Assembly (NCBI GenBank): GCA_002633005.1
Contig: NMRA01000236.1
Span: 1-64,000, forward strand
Source of the DNA: Phoronis australis
Lineage: Eukaryota > Animalia > Phoronida
Length of the DNA stretch: 64,000 bases
Direction of reading: 5' to 3'
The notes beneath the pieces were generated by a model, which worked only from the letters and a program-made list of their open reading frames with translations, was not told where the DNA came from and did not search any database. A program made the position numbers and the translations under genes. Below, one piece after another: positions 1-11,694 of the stretch; the stretch's first letter is position 1, and every line of letters begins with the position of its first letter.

Positions 1-471
1 GGTCGATTTTAATGAAATGTGTATTTATGCAGTATAGTATGAAGCGCCACAGGATTCTTAAACGAGTACCGAGCCCCCCTCTTGGGTGAGCGCATGCCTT
101 TCTGAGCATTTAAATGTGCTTATTCAATGCGCACTTCAACCTATAGTGCTCAATTAGTTATTCAAACCGCTGAATTGGTTCTTAAACGGTTATCTTTCTA
201 CTTTTATTTAACACGCAGTGTTGATTAATCAATGCTATTGTTATTTATTTATTATACTCTGAATTAGTTATTCGTTGTGTTTAATCAAACACAAGTTTAC
301 AGTCAGTACAAAGTTAATGGCACCATCATTTACATGCTTACTTGAACAATCTTCGAAACTAGCCTTGTGCGCATGTAAAAGGTCTTCCGCCATCGTGAGA
401 TTTGAGAGCACAGACATGACTGGACTATATGAACTAATTGAAAGTATGCGTCGAATAAGCAATAGTATTTC

Positions 472-632
472 TAGAACAGTAAAACTCTGCACCAACACGA
501 GCAGGGTAATAACAAGAAGACAAAACACGTAGAACACTAAACTATGCGCAAACACGAGCAGAGTAATAAGAGCAAAATTGAAGAAAACCCAGGAAGAACA
601 GTACTCTGCACTTACACGCGCAGAATAATGAA
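472..632. repeat. Degenerate ~60-bp tandem repeat, 3 copies
   Basis: AGAACA(G/C)TA..ACT(C/A)TGC(A/G)C..ACACG(A/C)GCAG..TAAT at about 472, 531 and 595. Confidence 0.6.
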
Positions 633-2243
633 AAGTTTAGGCTCCACTAACAGGTGTGTTTAAGTAACGTTCGAAAATCTACTCGTGGGTGCGTAACTAA
701 ATGTGTATGTTTGCGTTTGCATCAGTTCTTACTGTTTTCAATTGTTTCTATACTAATTAATTTGCGCAATGTTTACCTGTTGCCCTAGATACTTTTCTGG
801 TTAATTCGACAGTGAATGTTATCTGCAGTATTTACCTATACCCGTGAAATATAATTTAAAAAATGAACAGCTTACCTTTAAAAATCCACTCCAATACTTT
901 GTGTCACTGACGTTATACTTGCCGAATGTACCGCTCTTCGCGGACTGTCCCGCTTTTTGAGTTTTTCGCACTTCTGCCACACCACGCAATGGCGAATTTG
1001 ACAAATTATCATATGCACTATTGTAATTTCGCACGTGATATACCCCTACTTTCCCGTTCAACTCAAAAGAAAATAAAGGGACTTTTCATGGGTATTTGAG
1101 GCACCCGCAATTTTGAGGTACCTGCATTGCCTATTCGACAGAAAAACAAAAAACCTTCGTCGGGCGCTTTTGGGTGAAACGTCTCCCGTACCACAAAAAA
1201 ACGCTCTCAGGACGTTTTTCTGCACTGTGGCGAAGATTTCACCATGACGTTTTGACATAGATCCAGATGCTCCGCTTTGTATTCCGAAGTCTTGATTTTC
1301 AATCCAGTTGTCCCGTTTTTTCATTCTCGAATTTTGGCAATTATGGAACAGCTGTTCATTTGTCTCTTTGTCATAAATATTGCTCTTTTCCAGAGTCCAA
1401 TTTCTTTGGTCATATAACAATCGCAAAATGTGGTGCGATGTCTTACGGTAAGATTCATTGCATGTATCAGGATCACTAATTTTTACTTTTTGAAGAAATT
1501 GGTTTATTTACAAACTACTTTGGAAAGTCCTAAACTGCAGCCTATGTAATGTTGTATCCACAGTACAAACTTACACAACATTTGTTTACTCATTTTTTAT
1601 CTATCGGAAAAGTAGTTGTAGTAATTAGTTTATAACATCTTTGTAAATGTCATTGCATCCTGAATATTTACTAAGCAGTGTATCAAACCGCATCAAAGGT
1701 ACAATTAATATATCAAGGTTTATAATTTTGGATGAATGCCTGTAATTATTCACAGCATCTGTGAGGGATCCCTATTCTAAAATCATGGTTTTCATATGGT
1801 AGGAATCTTTTGAATCATTGAAATTATTTCCCCTTTGGTTTAATTAGTAATTGATATAACCTCTCTGGTTCATTTCCTTTTTATGTTACTTTTACACCGT
1901 GTTATTTTTCGTGTTTCGATAACAAAATATTTATTAAACCTGTCAGATATGCTTAATGATGTTTATTTACGAATTAAATTGTGGATCGATTGCTTCTGCT
2001 ATAATCATACACCATCAAGAAATGTCGAAAAGCTTTCTAATGATATGACTACGTGTATGCTTATGTTGCTTGTTTTCATTGTCTAGGAGACATGTCGAAG
2101 GATAAGCGAGGATACTCGTTAATGTATCCACGACTATAGTTACGGTGCCTGAGACTTATCACTCTTGTCAATGAAATAAACGAAATGCAGGTTTAATGAA
2201 GCAAAACAAATAATTAGTGACCAAAATTTTTTTCTTTATCCTT

Positions 2244-2249
2244 TTTATT
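2244..2249 (-). terminator. Candidate polyadenylation signal of gene A
   Basis: AATAAA on the minus strand about 265 nt after the stop. The paralogous 3' region has AATAAA near the equivalent position (51948-51943). Confidence 0.45.
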
Positions 2250-2512
2250 ACTTCATTTTTGTTGTAACAATGTGACTAAGCCAAATCATTCTCTTGTTTC
2301 TGCAGAAAAGATCATCTAACAACAACTAAAAATATAAATTATGGTTAAATTTGGCAATAAAACGTTGGCTGGCAATCGAGTAGTCACATCAGTCGTCGTG
2401 GTGAGGTCGGCAGTTGATCAGCGAGTGTGTTTGGCCAATTAATTCGCAAAATACACGCATGCACATGCATTTTTTTAAGTTTCCATGGATGCTTCAAAAA
2501 CGTCGTGCTCTC

Positions 2513-2653
2513 CTACAAGCAACCCAGGACATCAGCTCTCAGGGCGATCGAACCATGCCAGGTGTAAGGATAAATTATAATGTGTTTAGTTTCGATCGGA
2601 GGCGAAATGGTGTTCACCTTTATGGTGTCAGTATCGAAGTTTCCTTGGAAAAC
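2513..2653 (-). CDS. Gene A exon 3 (terminal): C-terminal part of F5/8 type C (discoidin) domain
   Basis: Acceptor gttacag|GTT at 2653. Reads VFQGNFDTDTIKVNTISPPIETKHIIIYPYTWHGSIALRADVLGCL* (TAG 2515-2513), matching the F5/8C F-x-GN-x-D...P-x-x-W...LR-x-D/E-x-x-GC signature. Phase 0, joins exon 2 in frame. Missed by the ORF track. Confidence 0.93.
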   Translation of the reverse strand, partial: VFQGNFDTDTIKVNTISPPIETKHIIIYPYTWHGSIALRADVLGCL

Positions 2654-3159
2654 CTGTAACGTAACAAGTGATATTAAAATGACATAATCGGTGAGAATAC
2701 AATGAGATAATGCGCAGAGTTAACGACGAATCTCAAAAGGTTTTAACCGACTAATTAAAATTAGACAAGAATTGAGAAAGTTCACTCAATTTTAAATTTA
2801 CGATTAAAATCAAACAACAGTAAGCAGAGGACAGGGAGAGGAATGCAAACCCACTCGGCTGCCTGCCAAGCTCGGCATTTCTGAAAATGCTCAGTCAACT
2901 GCTATGCTTGTAAACCGCCCTTCGATTTCATTCAAGAGATCATTTCTATGCATAAGCCTAGCATTCATTATTGGGGACAAATAAAACAACAAGAATAATA
3001 AATATTTTAAGTTGTATTGGGAATTTCAGGGTCACAGCTCTACAGATAAATATTTCACAGAAGGAACCACATGGGTTCCTTAATTACAAGAGACAACACT
3101 CACATTTCCGATACCCAAAGTGTAATTGAGTATCGGATACTAAGTGGCACAGGTTAGCA

Positions 3160-3326
3160 TAGTACCAAATGGGTACATAATACCAAATGGGTATTGGCCG
3201 ATTGCCTACCAACTGGGTCGAGCAAAACGGCAAATTCAATAACAAGTACCAAGTGGGTACAAACTGCCAAATGGGCAAATATTATATAAAGTACCAAGTG
3301 GGTACACCAAACAGCCAACTGGGCTA
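3160..3326. repeat. Cluster of CCAAnTGGG / GTACCAARTGGGTAC motifs, probably MITE subterminal repeats
   Basis: About seven copies of the quasi-palindromic motif within 170 bp. Confidence 0.55.
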
Positions 3327-6300
3327 TAACAGCCTGCAAAGCAGGGTTCCGGACAAGCTGAATGAGCAGACCAGCCGGAGTGATAAAAAGAGATATTGTA
3401 AGGAACGTGGTGTTGTGGCTCAGTATGTGCCACATGGGCAGGGTTGTTTATGGATGAACAATCCTGTCCACCGCCACAACCCACGTGGGGGCCGTGACCC
3501 TGGTAGAGGAGTGACAGGGGATGGGAGAAAAAGGTAGTCACAAGCAATGAGAAAAGGACTGATACCAGACCCGGATTTGCCTTCATATTGAGTGAAGCTC
3601 ACCCCCACCCCGCCCTCCGGGATGCAGGCACGATGTTTGACTCGGGGCACGGCACACGAGGACAGATTGGATACCTCACGGTGAGCAGTACCGCTCCCGC
3701 AAAGCTCAGTCGAAGCCCAGCCACACCCTGGTCGCCGAGAGAGCCGGAGTTGTGGCTTCCAGCGACAGGAACATAATTCAGATGATTATCTCACCTTAAT
3801 ATCTACGGAGTCTGTCATAAATTGTAGTATTTGTCGCATCTGCCGAACGTTCTTATATAGGCCTATAGGCATCTATTGGTGTGAGGACGCTATCTTTCTG
3901 TTTTTGGATGTAATCGAGGCAGTTGGCTCATTTTACGCCGTCTTTAGAGCTCGTCGTGAGCGTGAGATCCAAATAGCGAAATGTCAAACTACCCGGCCGG
4001 ATTAAGGAACTTGTTGTGTTCTTAAACACACGGAGGCGTGAGACAACTCGTAGCATTCGTTCTCAACGGCCGGGTCGTATGCATATGCAGACACACAACT
4101 CCCTCGGGATCAAAATCACCTTTTGTCTTCGTTTAATTCTATCATACATGTGTACGTACACGTCGCTGACGCAATATTATGGCGACTCGGTGAATGAAAG
4201 GACTGGGGGCATATACGGAGCCGCTGTGTGCGTGGCGGGAGATTTGATTTGCTAACATCCCCGTAATCTTTGACCTTGGATAAGTTGTAAACAAATTTCC
4301 ACGTAGTTGTGCGCTTCCAAGGTGGTTCTGCTCAAGATTTTTTTCTTGCTACACGGTATATATTTCGTATTTGAAGTTCCCCGAGAAGGTTTTTTTGCTA
4401 GACATAATCAAAATGTGAAATACTGTAAAAATTGCCAATAGTTTTGTAAATAATGTTTGACTGAGATATCCTTAATCGAGGCAAGCCAGTACACTGTTTT
4501 AGTTAGAACTGCCGCCGTTCTCTTTTGATGTGCGACTTGGGAGTGGTGTGCACGCATTTTCACGAAAGACGTCGCTCTAGTCAGATAGCGACTAGTCTTT
4601 CACATATGGCACATCACATTTAGAAAATACCGCGAAAAACGGGTGATGAGGCTGGATCTCGCGAGATCATATCGGTTCGTATCCGCGCCAAATAAACCGC
4701 AGAAAAACGTTTCGTCACTGTTGCAATTTGCATGACTTTTGTAGCAGTTAGGACTAAGTTTAAAAAATGGTAATTATAATCCTTGTAAATGAGAAAATCC
4801 GTATTTGTCGACTCGGTTATGTATCAAAATAAAGACTTATCTCCCTTGTCATGTATACTCGGGGAATTCCCTGTCAATGGAATCCCCTAATATAGAATCG
4901 CGACGAATACAAACGATATTGGAGTACCGGTAGTATCAATTGAAGCAATTTTAAAACGAAAAACATCATTGAAACGGTTTCGTTATCACTAAGTGAACAT
5001 AACAGGTTCACTGCGATTAAAATAAAACTAGCAGAAGAAGCACAGTTGACAGGTCAACTAATTGCGCTTTTGACGTTCCCACACTGAACTGCAATTTATT
5101 TGCTTATTAGCCCCGTCTTCACCAAACATCAGTAGATCTTTGCCGTGCACTAACTGTGGCGGATATAGGATACCATAAAGGGGGCCCAACATGCTGCCTC
5201 GGAGAATTGGGCAAAGCGCTATTTTATGTAAAGCCGCCCCGAAAATTGCGGGGGCCGGCGATGTGACCTGGTGTTCCCCCCAAAAAAAAAACGGCAACCC
5301 GATTCCGCCGCGCTCCGGGGNTCCCAATCGAGTCCTCACGACAACTTCGCGTTATGTCGATTGACTCTGACCAATGAGAATAAATGTTTTGGCTGAATTT
5401 GCTATTCAGGTTTGTTGTTGACATTCCTTTGAGGAGTAGGCCATAACTGCCAAACTAAGAGAGTAGCTGTCCTCCTTAATCACAGTTAATCCCCCGGCCA
5501 TGGTGTGATGTAAACCTATCTCTTACTGTGTAGTTAATAAAAGAGCGGAAGTTAAGGAGCCGGTAACAATGCTTTGATGTTGGTGATCAAAGTTTTAACT
5601 GTTTACCTGTTTGCTGTGTAATCTGCCTAAATCATTTAGACAACTCTGCGCGGATTCAACAAGGGCAAATTACTGACGCCGTACGCGACGGTATTTAGAA
5701 TGCAAATTAACAACGAAAATCCTCATACAATGCCCTGCTCGCTTGGCATTATGAACAACACAAACGTCTTTTATACCCTGTAGATGCCTTAATAAGTTTT
5801 GAATAGATGAGACATACGTCTTCGACAATTTGTATTCCTGCATATAACCTACATAGTAAAATCAGCGTTCAGTAGGGGCACCAGCATCACGAAATTATCA
5901 AAAAAATACAGGAAATGCGACCAAAATCTATTAATTAATGTAAAACGCATAATTTTGGACTATTATCATCGAATTATTATCATACGAAGCATTTCCTGTT
6001 CTATTACCTGTAAATCGGCACGATTCCTAAAGTGTTGCGCGTTTTAGGAATCCACAAACGGGCCTGCGCAATGTATGGATTTACCCCGGTTTTGATGACG
6101 TCATCCGCATATAGCGCAGATCAACAAAACGCGCAGCGGCGGCACATCTACACGCCTGAAGAAAGGAAACTGTTTAGACACTACGAGCCAGTCTGCATTA
6201 AGCTATCAAACAAAAAGTACAGTCGTGTCTTTAACGAAGTTTGTGTTAATTAAGGGCTACAACTGAACTATACTGATACAGATATAGATACACAAAACAT

Positions 6301-6927
6301 TACCTATATGTTGAATTTCACGTTTATATCACATTTTATACTTTTATGGGACTCAATTTTGAAGTATAATCACCTACTCGGCAAACCACTTTTCTGACAT
6401 GTTGTTCGGCTTCTCTTGTTTTATAGTTAACTCTGACTCGCAGAGAGAAAGCAAAATAAAGCAATAACTCAAAAAACGATGAGTTAAGAAAAACACGTCG
6501 AAACAGCATCAGAATCCACACGCTAATGACTCGCTAGATCTGCGCGCGTATCTCATGTAGTCTCGTAGTAAAGTTAGCAGTGAATTAGAATTGAATGCAC
6601 GGCAGAATCTTTTACCAGTTGCAAATCAGCAACTGAACATGAAGATTTTACAACAATGTTTTGAAATGATATCTGGGCTCTGTAAAACCGACAGTTTTTG
6701 ATCGGCTGAGACCAGACTCAATATACAAGTTTCAGGCGACATTAATTTTCCAGCTCTGAAACCGAAAACTCGAGAAACTGAAACTGTGACGTTGGATTTG
6801 TTTCGGAAAATTTTTATAGCCATTTTCATTTCTGATACCTGACAGAAAGTTAATGTCGTTTTGAAAGCGTATGTGCCAAGGAAGAAGGTTGTTTTCGACA
6901 CTGACGATGACATAGTTTACAACCAGA

Positions 6928-8193
6928 TTAAGTTTTTGTTGTAAGTTATATTATCAGTAGTTTAGTTTGGTAAACGTTCAGTGATAAAATAAATGTGTTC
7001 AGGGTTCTCCCTCAGGCCAAGCCAGAAAAGTGACCGAGGGCTTCCTAATGGGGAATTAATTATGACTAGAATTGGGCTCTCAAGTAAATCTTTGTGGAGT
7101 CCTGGCAGATGTCGCGCGTACCCCAGTCGGTATCACTTCACTAGTTCCGTGGGCGCGCCACTTAGGGGGTTCCACAAGTCTTCCGGTTGGAATGGAGCTC
7201 TGAGCTTGCATCAATTGGAATTATGATTGTGAGGAAATAAAATCAATAAAACCTTATGCGTGTGTGGGACTGATTCTGTGAATTCTTAGTGGATGTTCTA
7301 ACCACAATGGAAACTTCAACGAAAACTTTCTTACGCCATCGATTCTTTTGCGTGATCATTCATCACTAGCTGAAGGGAACTTAAGGAGGCTCATAGTCGC
7401 CCCTACTCGNNNNNNNNNNNNNNNNNNNNNNNNNNNNNNNNNNNNNNNNNNNNNNNNNNNNNNNNNNNNNNNNNNNNNNNNNNNNNNNNNNNNNAGCACA
7501 AAACAAAAGTAGAATAGAACAGATTCGCACGGTAAAGTCAACGCAAAACCAAGTGGCGGGAAACGCTTGCCTCCTAAAACGTCACTTCCGGAGTAGCGGA
7601 CAAGTAATTTATAAAATTACGAAAAGCTGTAATTAAGTGGAAAATATGTCTAGGATAACCAACCAACCTTATTTTAGCTCAAATTGACATGGAAAAAGGT
7701 TGCCATCGCCTTTAAGTTTTTGTTGTAAGTTATATTATCAGTAGTGTAGTTTGGTAAACGTTCAGTGATAAAATAAATGTGTTCAGGGTTCTCCCTCAGG
7801 CCAAGCCAGGAAAGTGACCGAGGGCTTCCTAATGGGGAATTAATTATGACTAGAATTGGGCTCTCAAGTAAATCTTTGTGGAGTCCTGGCAGATGTCGCG
7901 CGTACCCCAGTCGGTATCACTTCACTAGTTCCGTGGGCGCGCCAATTAGGGGGTTCCACAAGTCTTCCGGTTGGAATGGAGCTCTGAGCTTGCATCAATT
8001 GGAATTATGATTTTGAGGAAATAAAATCAATAAAACCTTATGCGTGTGTGGGACTGATTCTGTGAATTCTTAGTGGATGTTCTAACCACAATGGAAACTT
8101 CAACGAAAACTTTCTTACGCCATCGATTCTTTTGCGTGATCATTCATCACTAGCTGAAGGGAACTTAAGGAGGCTCATAGTCGCCCCTACTCG
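6928..8193. repeat. Near-identical 482-bp direct duplication (6928-7409 / 7712-8193) either side of the 85-N gap at 7410-7494; probably two haplotypes
   Basis: Offset 784 bp; about 4 substitutions seen; the first copy ends exactly at the gap. Confidence 0.85.
7495..7715. mobile_element. Right end of a TTAA-targeting non-autonomous DNA transposon (Kolobok/CryptonA-like ...CCT|TTAA terminus)
   Basis: Ends CCATCGCCT|TTAA at a TTAA that is empty in the duplicate copy (6928) and in the paralogue (55921). Related ends with ACGTCACTTCCG...TCT(A/G)GGATA...TGACA at about 9835-9970 and 20213-20337. Confidence 0.65.
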
Positions 8194-9141
8194 CCCCTAC
8201 TCGAGTCGGGTGCATGCTCGAAACCCCCGGCCTAATGGTAGTCCATTTTGTCTAAGTTCTACGGGGAGTCACGTTTTCTTTGTATTTTTGTGTTTGCGTC
8301 ATATTGGGCAAAATGAAACTTAAGACCACACCCTTTCACGTTTGATGAGACTCATTTGTTTTCGCGATATAAATCACGGCTTGACACGATGCTTTTGTAA
8401 GGGTTTAAACCGTACATAATGCTTATAGTGTTTTTACAAACCCATTTTGGACTGTAGCCTCGATTCTTGCTATGAGTAAATGAAGTAAGAAACTTCTTTT
8501 TATATGTAGAGCTCCTCCGCCCATGTAAATATAGGTAATCTAGTGGCCTCCTGATGAAAACGCCACTCCGCGTCCCGCAGTATGATCCACGAGTTTGAAA
8601 ATCACCCATTCAATCAAGTGACTTAGTAAGATAAAGTTTTCAGACGACTTCCATTCATGACAGTCGATCACGAACGATTCAGGTCAGCCTGTTCGTTCTC
8701 TATTGCCACCTTTATTTCGTCTAACCTCCTTGCCTCCTTAGCTCCCAATCTCCCTCCCCGATATCAATCCCCATCATATTCTGTCCCGATCGCCGCCCAT
8801 TCCCCTGCAACCAGTTTCCGCTCCCGTAACTTGTTCACTATTCTCGACAACCTAAGAAAGTGAAAAAATCATAGGCTACGGTGACGTCTAAGCGGAGCAT
8901 TCTCCGTTTTCCTAATCGTTTGGTACGTATGTTTAAACGATTAGGAGCATGTGCATTTGAAAACATTATTAGTAAGTATTGCTTGTGTTTTCTAACTTTC
9001 TGGCAAAGGTTGGCTCATGTTAAATGAATAAAACGCGAGCGTTCAACGTGAAGTATAGGCCGTGTTTTATGTAGCTTTATAAACAATGCCGAGGAACAAG
9101 ATAGGTAAGTAATTTTAGTATCAAAACAAGACGATATTTAC

Positions 9142-9517
9142 CTTCTTCTTGCCAAGGTCGTTTTTTATCAGTGGCCACTGTCCATCCGCGTCTCTGTACT
9201 GTACCAGATACGACGTGACAAAATCCTCTCTTTGTTGCGAATGTCCTTTGGTCACAATCCCTGTCACATTTCTAACCTTACCCAGGTCAAAATGTATCCA
9301 TTGAAGGTCCCTCGAAGGTGTCGGAGACCACGCTCCTTTTTCCTCACCATTTCTAGTTCTAAATATACGAGCCCTACTCGGTCCCGCATTCTTCATTGAG
9401 GTCGACGCATCGATGCTGAAGTCACTTCTCGGTTTATCACCCGAGACAAGTAGTTTGGTGCACTGGTAGGCATTGATGTCCTCAATTTGAATCATTCGGC
9501 TCTGTCCTTGCAGAGAT
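9142..9517 (-). CDS. Gene A exon 2: N-terminal two-thirds of F5/8 type C domain
   Basis: Acceptor gatag|A at 9517, donor AAG|gtaaat at 9142; 376 nt (phase 2 in, phase 0 out). Motifs C-TKLL, ARI, GAWSP, QWIHFDLG, VTGIVTKG, FVTSY. Confidence 0.93.
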
Positions 9518-10750
9518 CTATCATTTCAAAATAAATAATGCACATAAGGTCCAAAATTGTCTTCACCAAAACATCAAACCAGTTATTCTTGCTATCCATT
9601 TAAGATAACGAACAGGACCTTGACGACAATCTGTGTATTTAACCAAATATATACAAACCTGTAGTTTTTAGTTTTTAAATCAGTAAAAGTATATATTTTC
9701 TGAAATTAGGAAGCCTGTATAATTTGAAGTTTGACTTCCACCTTCTTATTCTAGGGGTTTGAAACGCAATGCGTCACGAGCTGCATCCTCTATATAAAGA
9801 CTCAATGCCACGTGTGTATGAACACTGGCAGCCCCCACGTCACTTCCGAAGCGACGCTTGTATTATTAACTAGAGCCCGGGAATTAAATTAAACTTGAAA
9901 TGTTATCTAGGATAGCCAGAAAATCGTAATTAAATAAAAATGACACTAAAAGCGATTGCCCTTCCCTTGAAGGAGTCCTTCCTGAACTGGTGCTTAGGGA
10001 GGTCAGGTCGAGGAAATGGACGATACCCAGCTTATAACAGCATTGGTAGAACAAAGAGATGGTTGTCCATTGTTTTGTAAAAAACGGTTTCTGTACGACT
10101 GCAAACATGATATCCTTAACAAAATATCATTGATTTTCCTTTGTCCATCCTGAAGCATTTTTTCTCTCTATAAATGTTTGGATAAATAACACAAGTTGAA
10201 CGAGTAATCGTCAAGCGATCAAAGGCCCAACCAGCCTCATTGCATGAATTACTGAGAAAATGCAATGATGTAATAGAACAATTATTGAATTTTACATTCG
10301 GTTAACAAGTTGCTTTTGAGACCCTAAAAATGCGACAGTGGCTGGGTCATAATCACATTTTGGAGTCTGAAAACCAACATTTTGACCCCGTCGAAAATCA
10401 ACAATGGCATAGGGTCATTTTTGATCGGCTGATATTTGAAACATCATTTCATCTGGAAATGTCCCAACGAGAAAGAATGCGGAGTTGAGTTGTTGTATTT
10501 CATTTACTTGTTACGTTGTTTGTTTTCTTTCTAGGTAGCAGTATATCTTTCGCCGCTGTGATTTGGTTTCTTTTAGCAAAGCCGGTTCTTTCCAATGGTT
10601 ACAATAGCATTTGCATAGTCTAATGTAGCATGACCGGCCGGCTATTATTACGTATTAGCCTCTGTATGTTACACGGGTTTTGCTGACTAGCGTTTCACGA
10701 GTTTACCGGCATTCGTTGACAAGATCTGTAACGCGAATCGTGTGTTCTCC

Positions 10751-11694
10751 TAGGCAATGACCATCGCCTATGTTGGCCCGACCAGACGCGATGCAGCTCC
10801 TATAGACGCTCCATACGCCGGAAGCTTTTCGGCGAATTATGCCTCGCACCGACTAAAACATCAAAGTCATGTTGTTATAAATACCTTTTGCGCATAGAGG
10901 AACACCTTAGGCGGTTGTCGATGTGTTTAATTCCTTCCAACTCGAACAAATACCCCCGTTATCAATTATTTTCTTCGAGCAGTCCCTATTTCAATTCCCA
11001 AAATCGTGAACTAATCATTTTCACTCAGCGCACGCCAAGAGATATGACCTCATTCTTTTAACTAGGCCGAAGGTCAGACGTTGTGGTCCTACCGGCGAAC
11101 TTTGAAAGCTGAAGTCCCCGCCCTCTGCGTACGTGCTGCCGGGAACCAGCCGTGCATTTGCCGTGTTGTTAAACATTAAATTGTCAAATATATGTACAAA
11201 GACTATTAAATGTAATATCAACAGCATATATTTTTATCAAATACAAACAATAATTCATTGAAATACAATCAGTTTCAAGTAACGCAAGACAAGTAGTGGT
11301 GGCATTTTGGAAACGAACATTTGACTGACAAGACCGCAATGGCTCACCTTTGGCCTACTTAAAGATTGAGGTCATGAAGTCACATCACTTAGCGAGTGCG
11401 GTAAAAATTGGAGCGTGCGCTCAGTATAATGTGAGTTCACGATTTTGGGAACTGAACGAGTGACTGCTCGAACAAAAATTCGATAACGGAAGTATTTGTT
11501 CGAGTTGGAAGGAATTAAACACATCGACAACCTCATCAGGTGTTCCTCTATGCGCAAAAGGTATTTATAACAACGTGACTTTGATGTTTTAGTCGGCGCG
11601 AGGCATAATTCGCCGAAAAGCTTCCGGCGTGTGGAGCGCCTATAGGAGCTGCATCGCCTCTGGTTGGGCCAACAGAAACGATGGTCATTGCCTA
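10751..11694. mobile_element. Mutator (MULE)-like non-autonomous element, 944 bp
   Basis: About 285-bp terminal inverted repeats (TAGGCAATGACCATCG...) and a perfect 9-bp TSD GTGTTCTCC at 10742-10750 and 11695-11703. Confidence 0.9.

Noticed and set aside
268-6521. Many 60-120 aa ORFs in the ORF track
   Set aside because: No recognisable domains or consistent splice structure; several start at non-ATG codons or derive from repeats, as expected by chance.
6993-8010. Two near-identical 77-aa ORFs as a duplicated small gene
   Set aside because: They lie in the gap-flanking duplicate inside an intron, show no domain features, and are not preserved in the paralogous intron.
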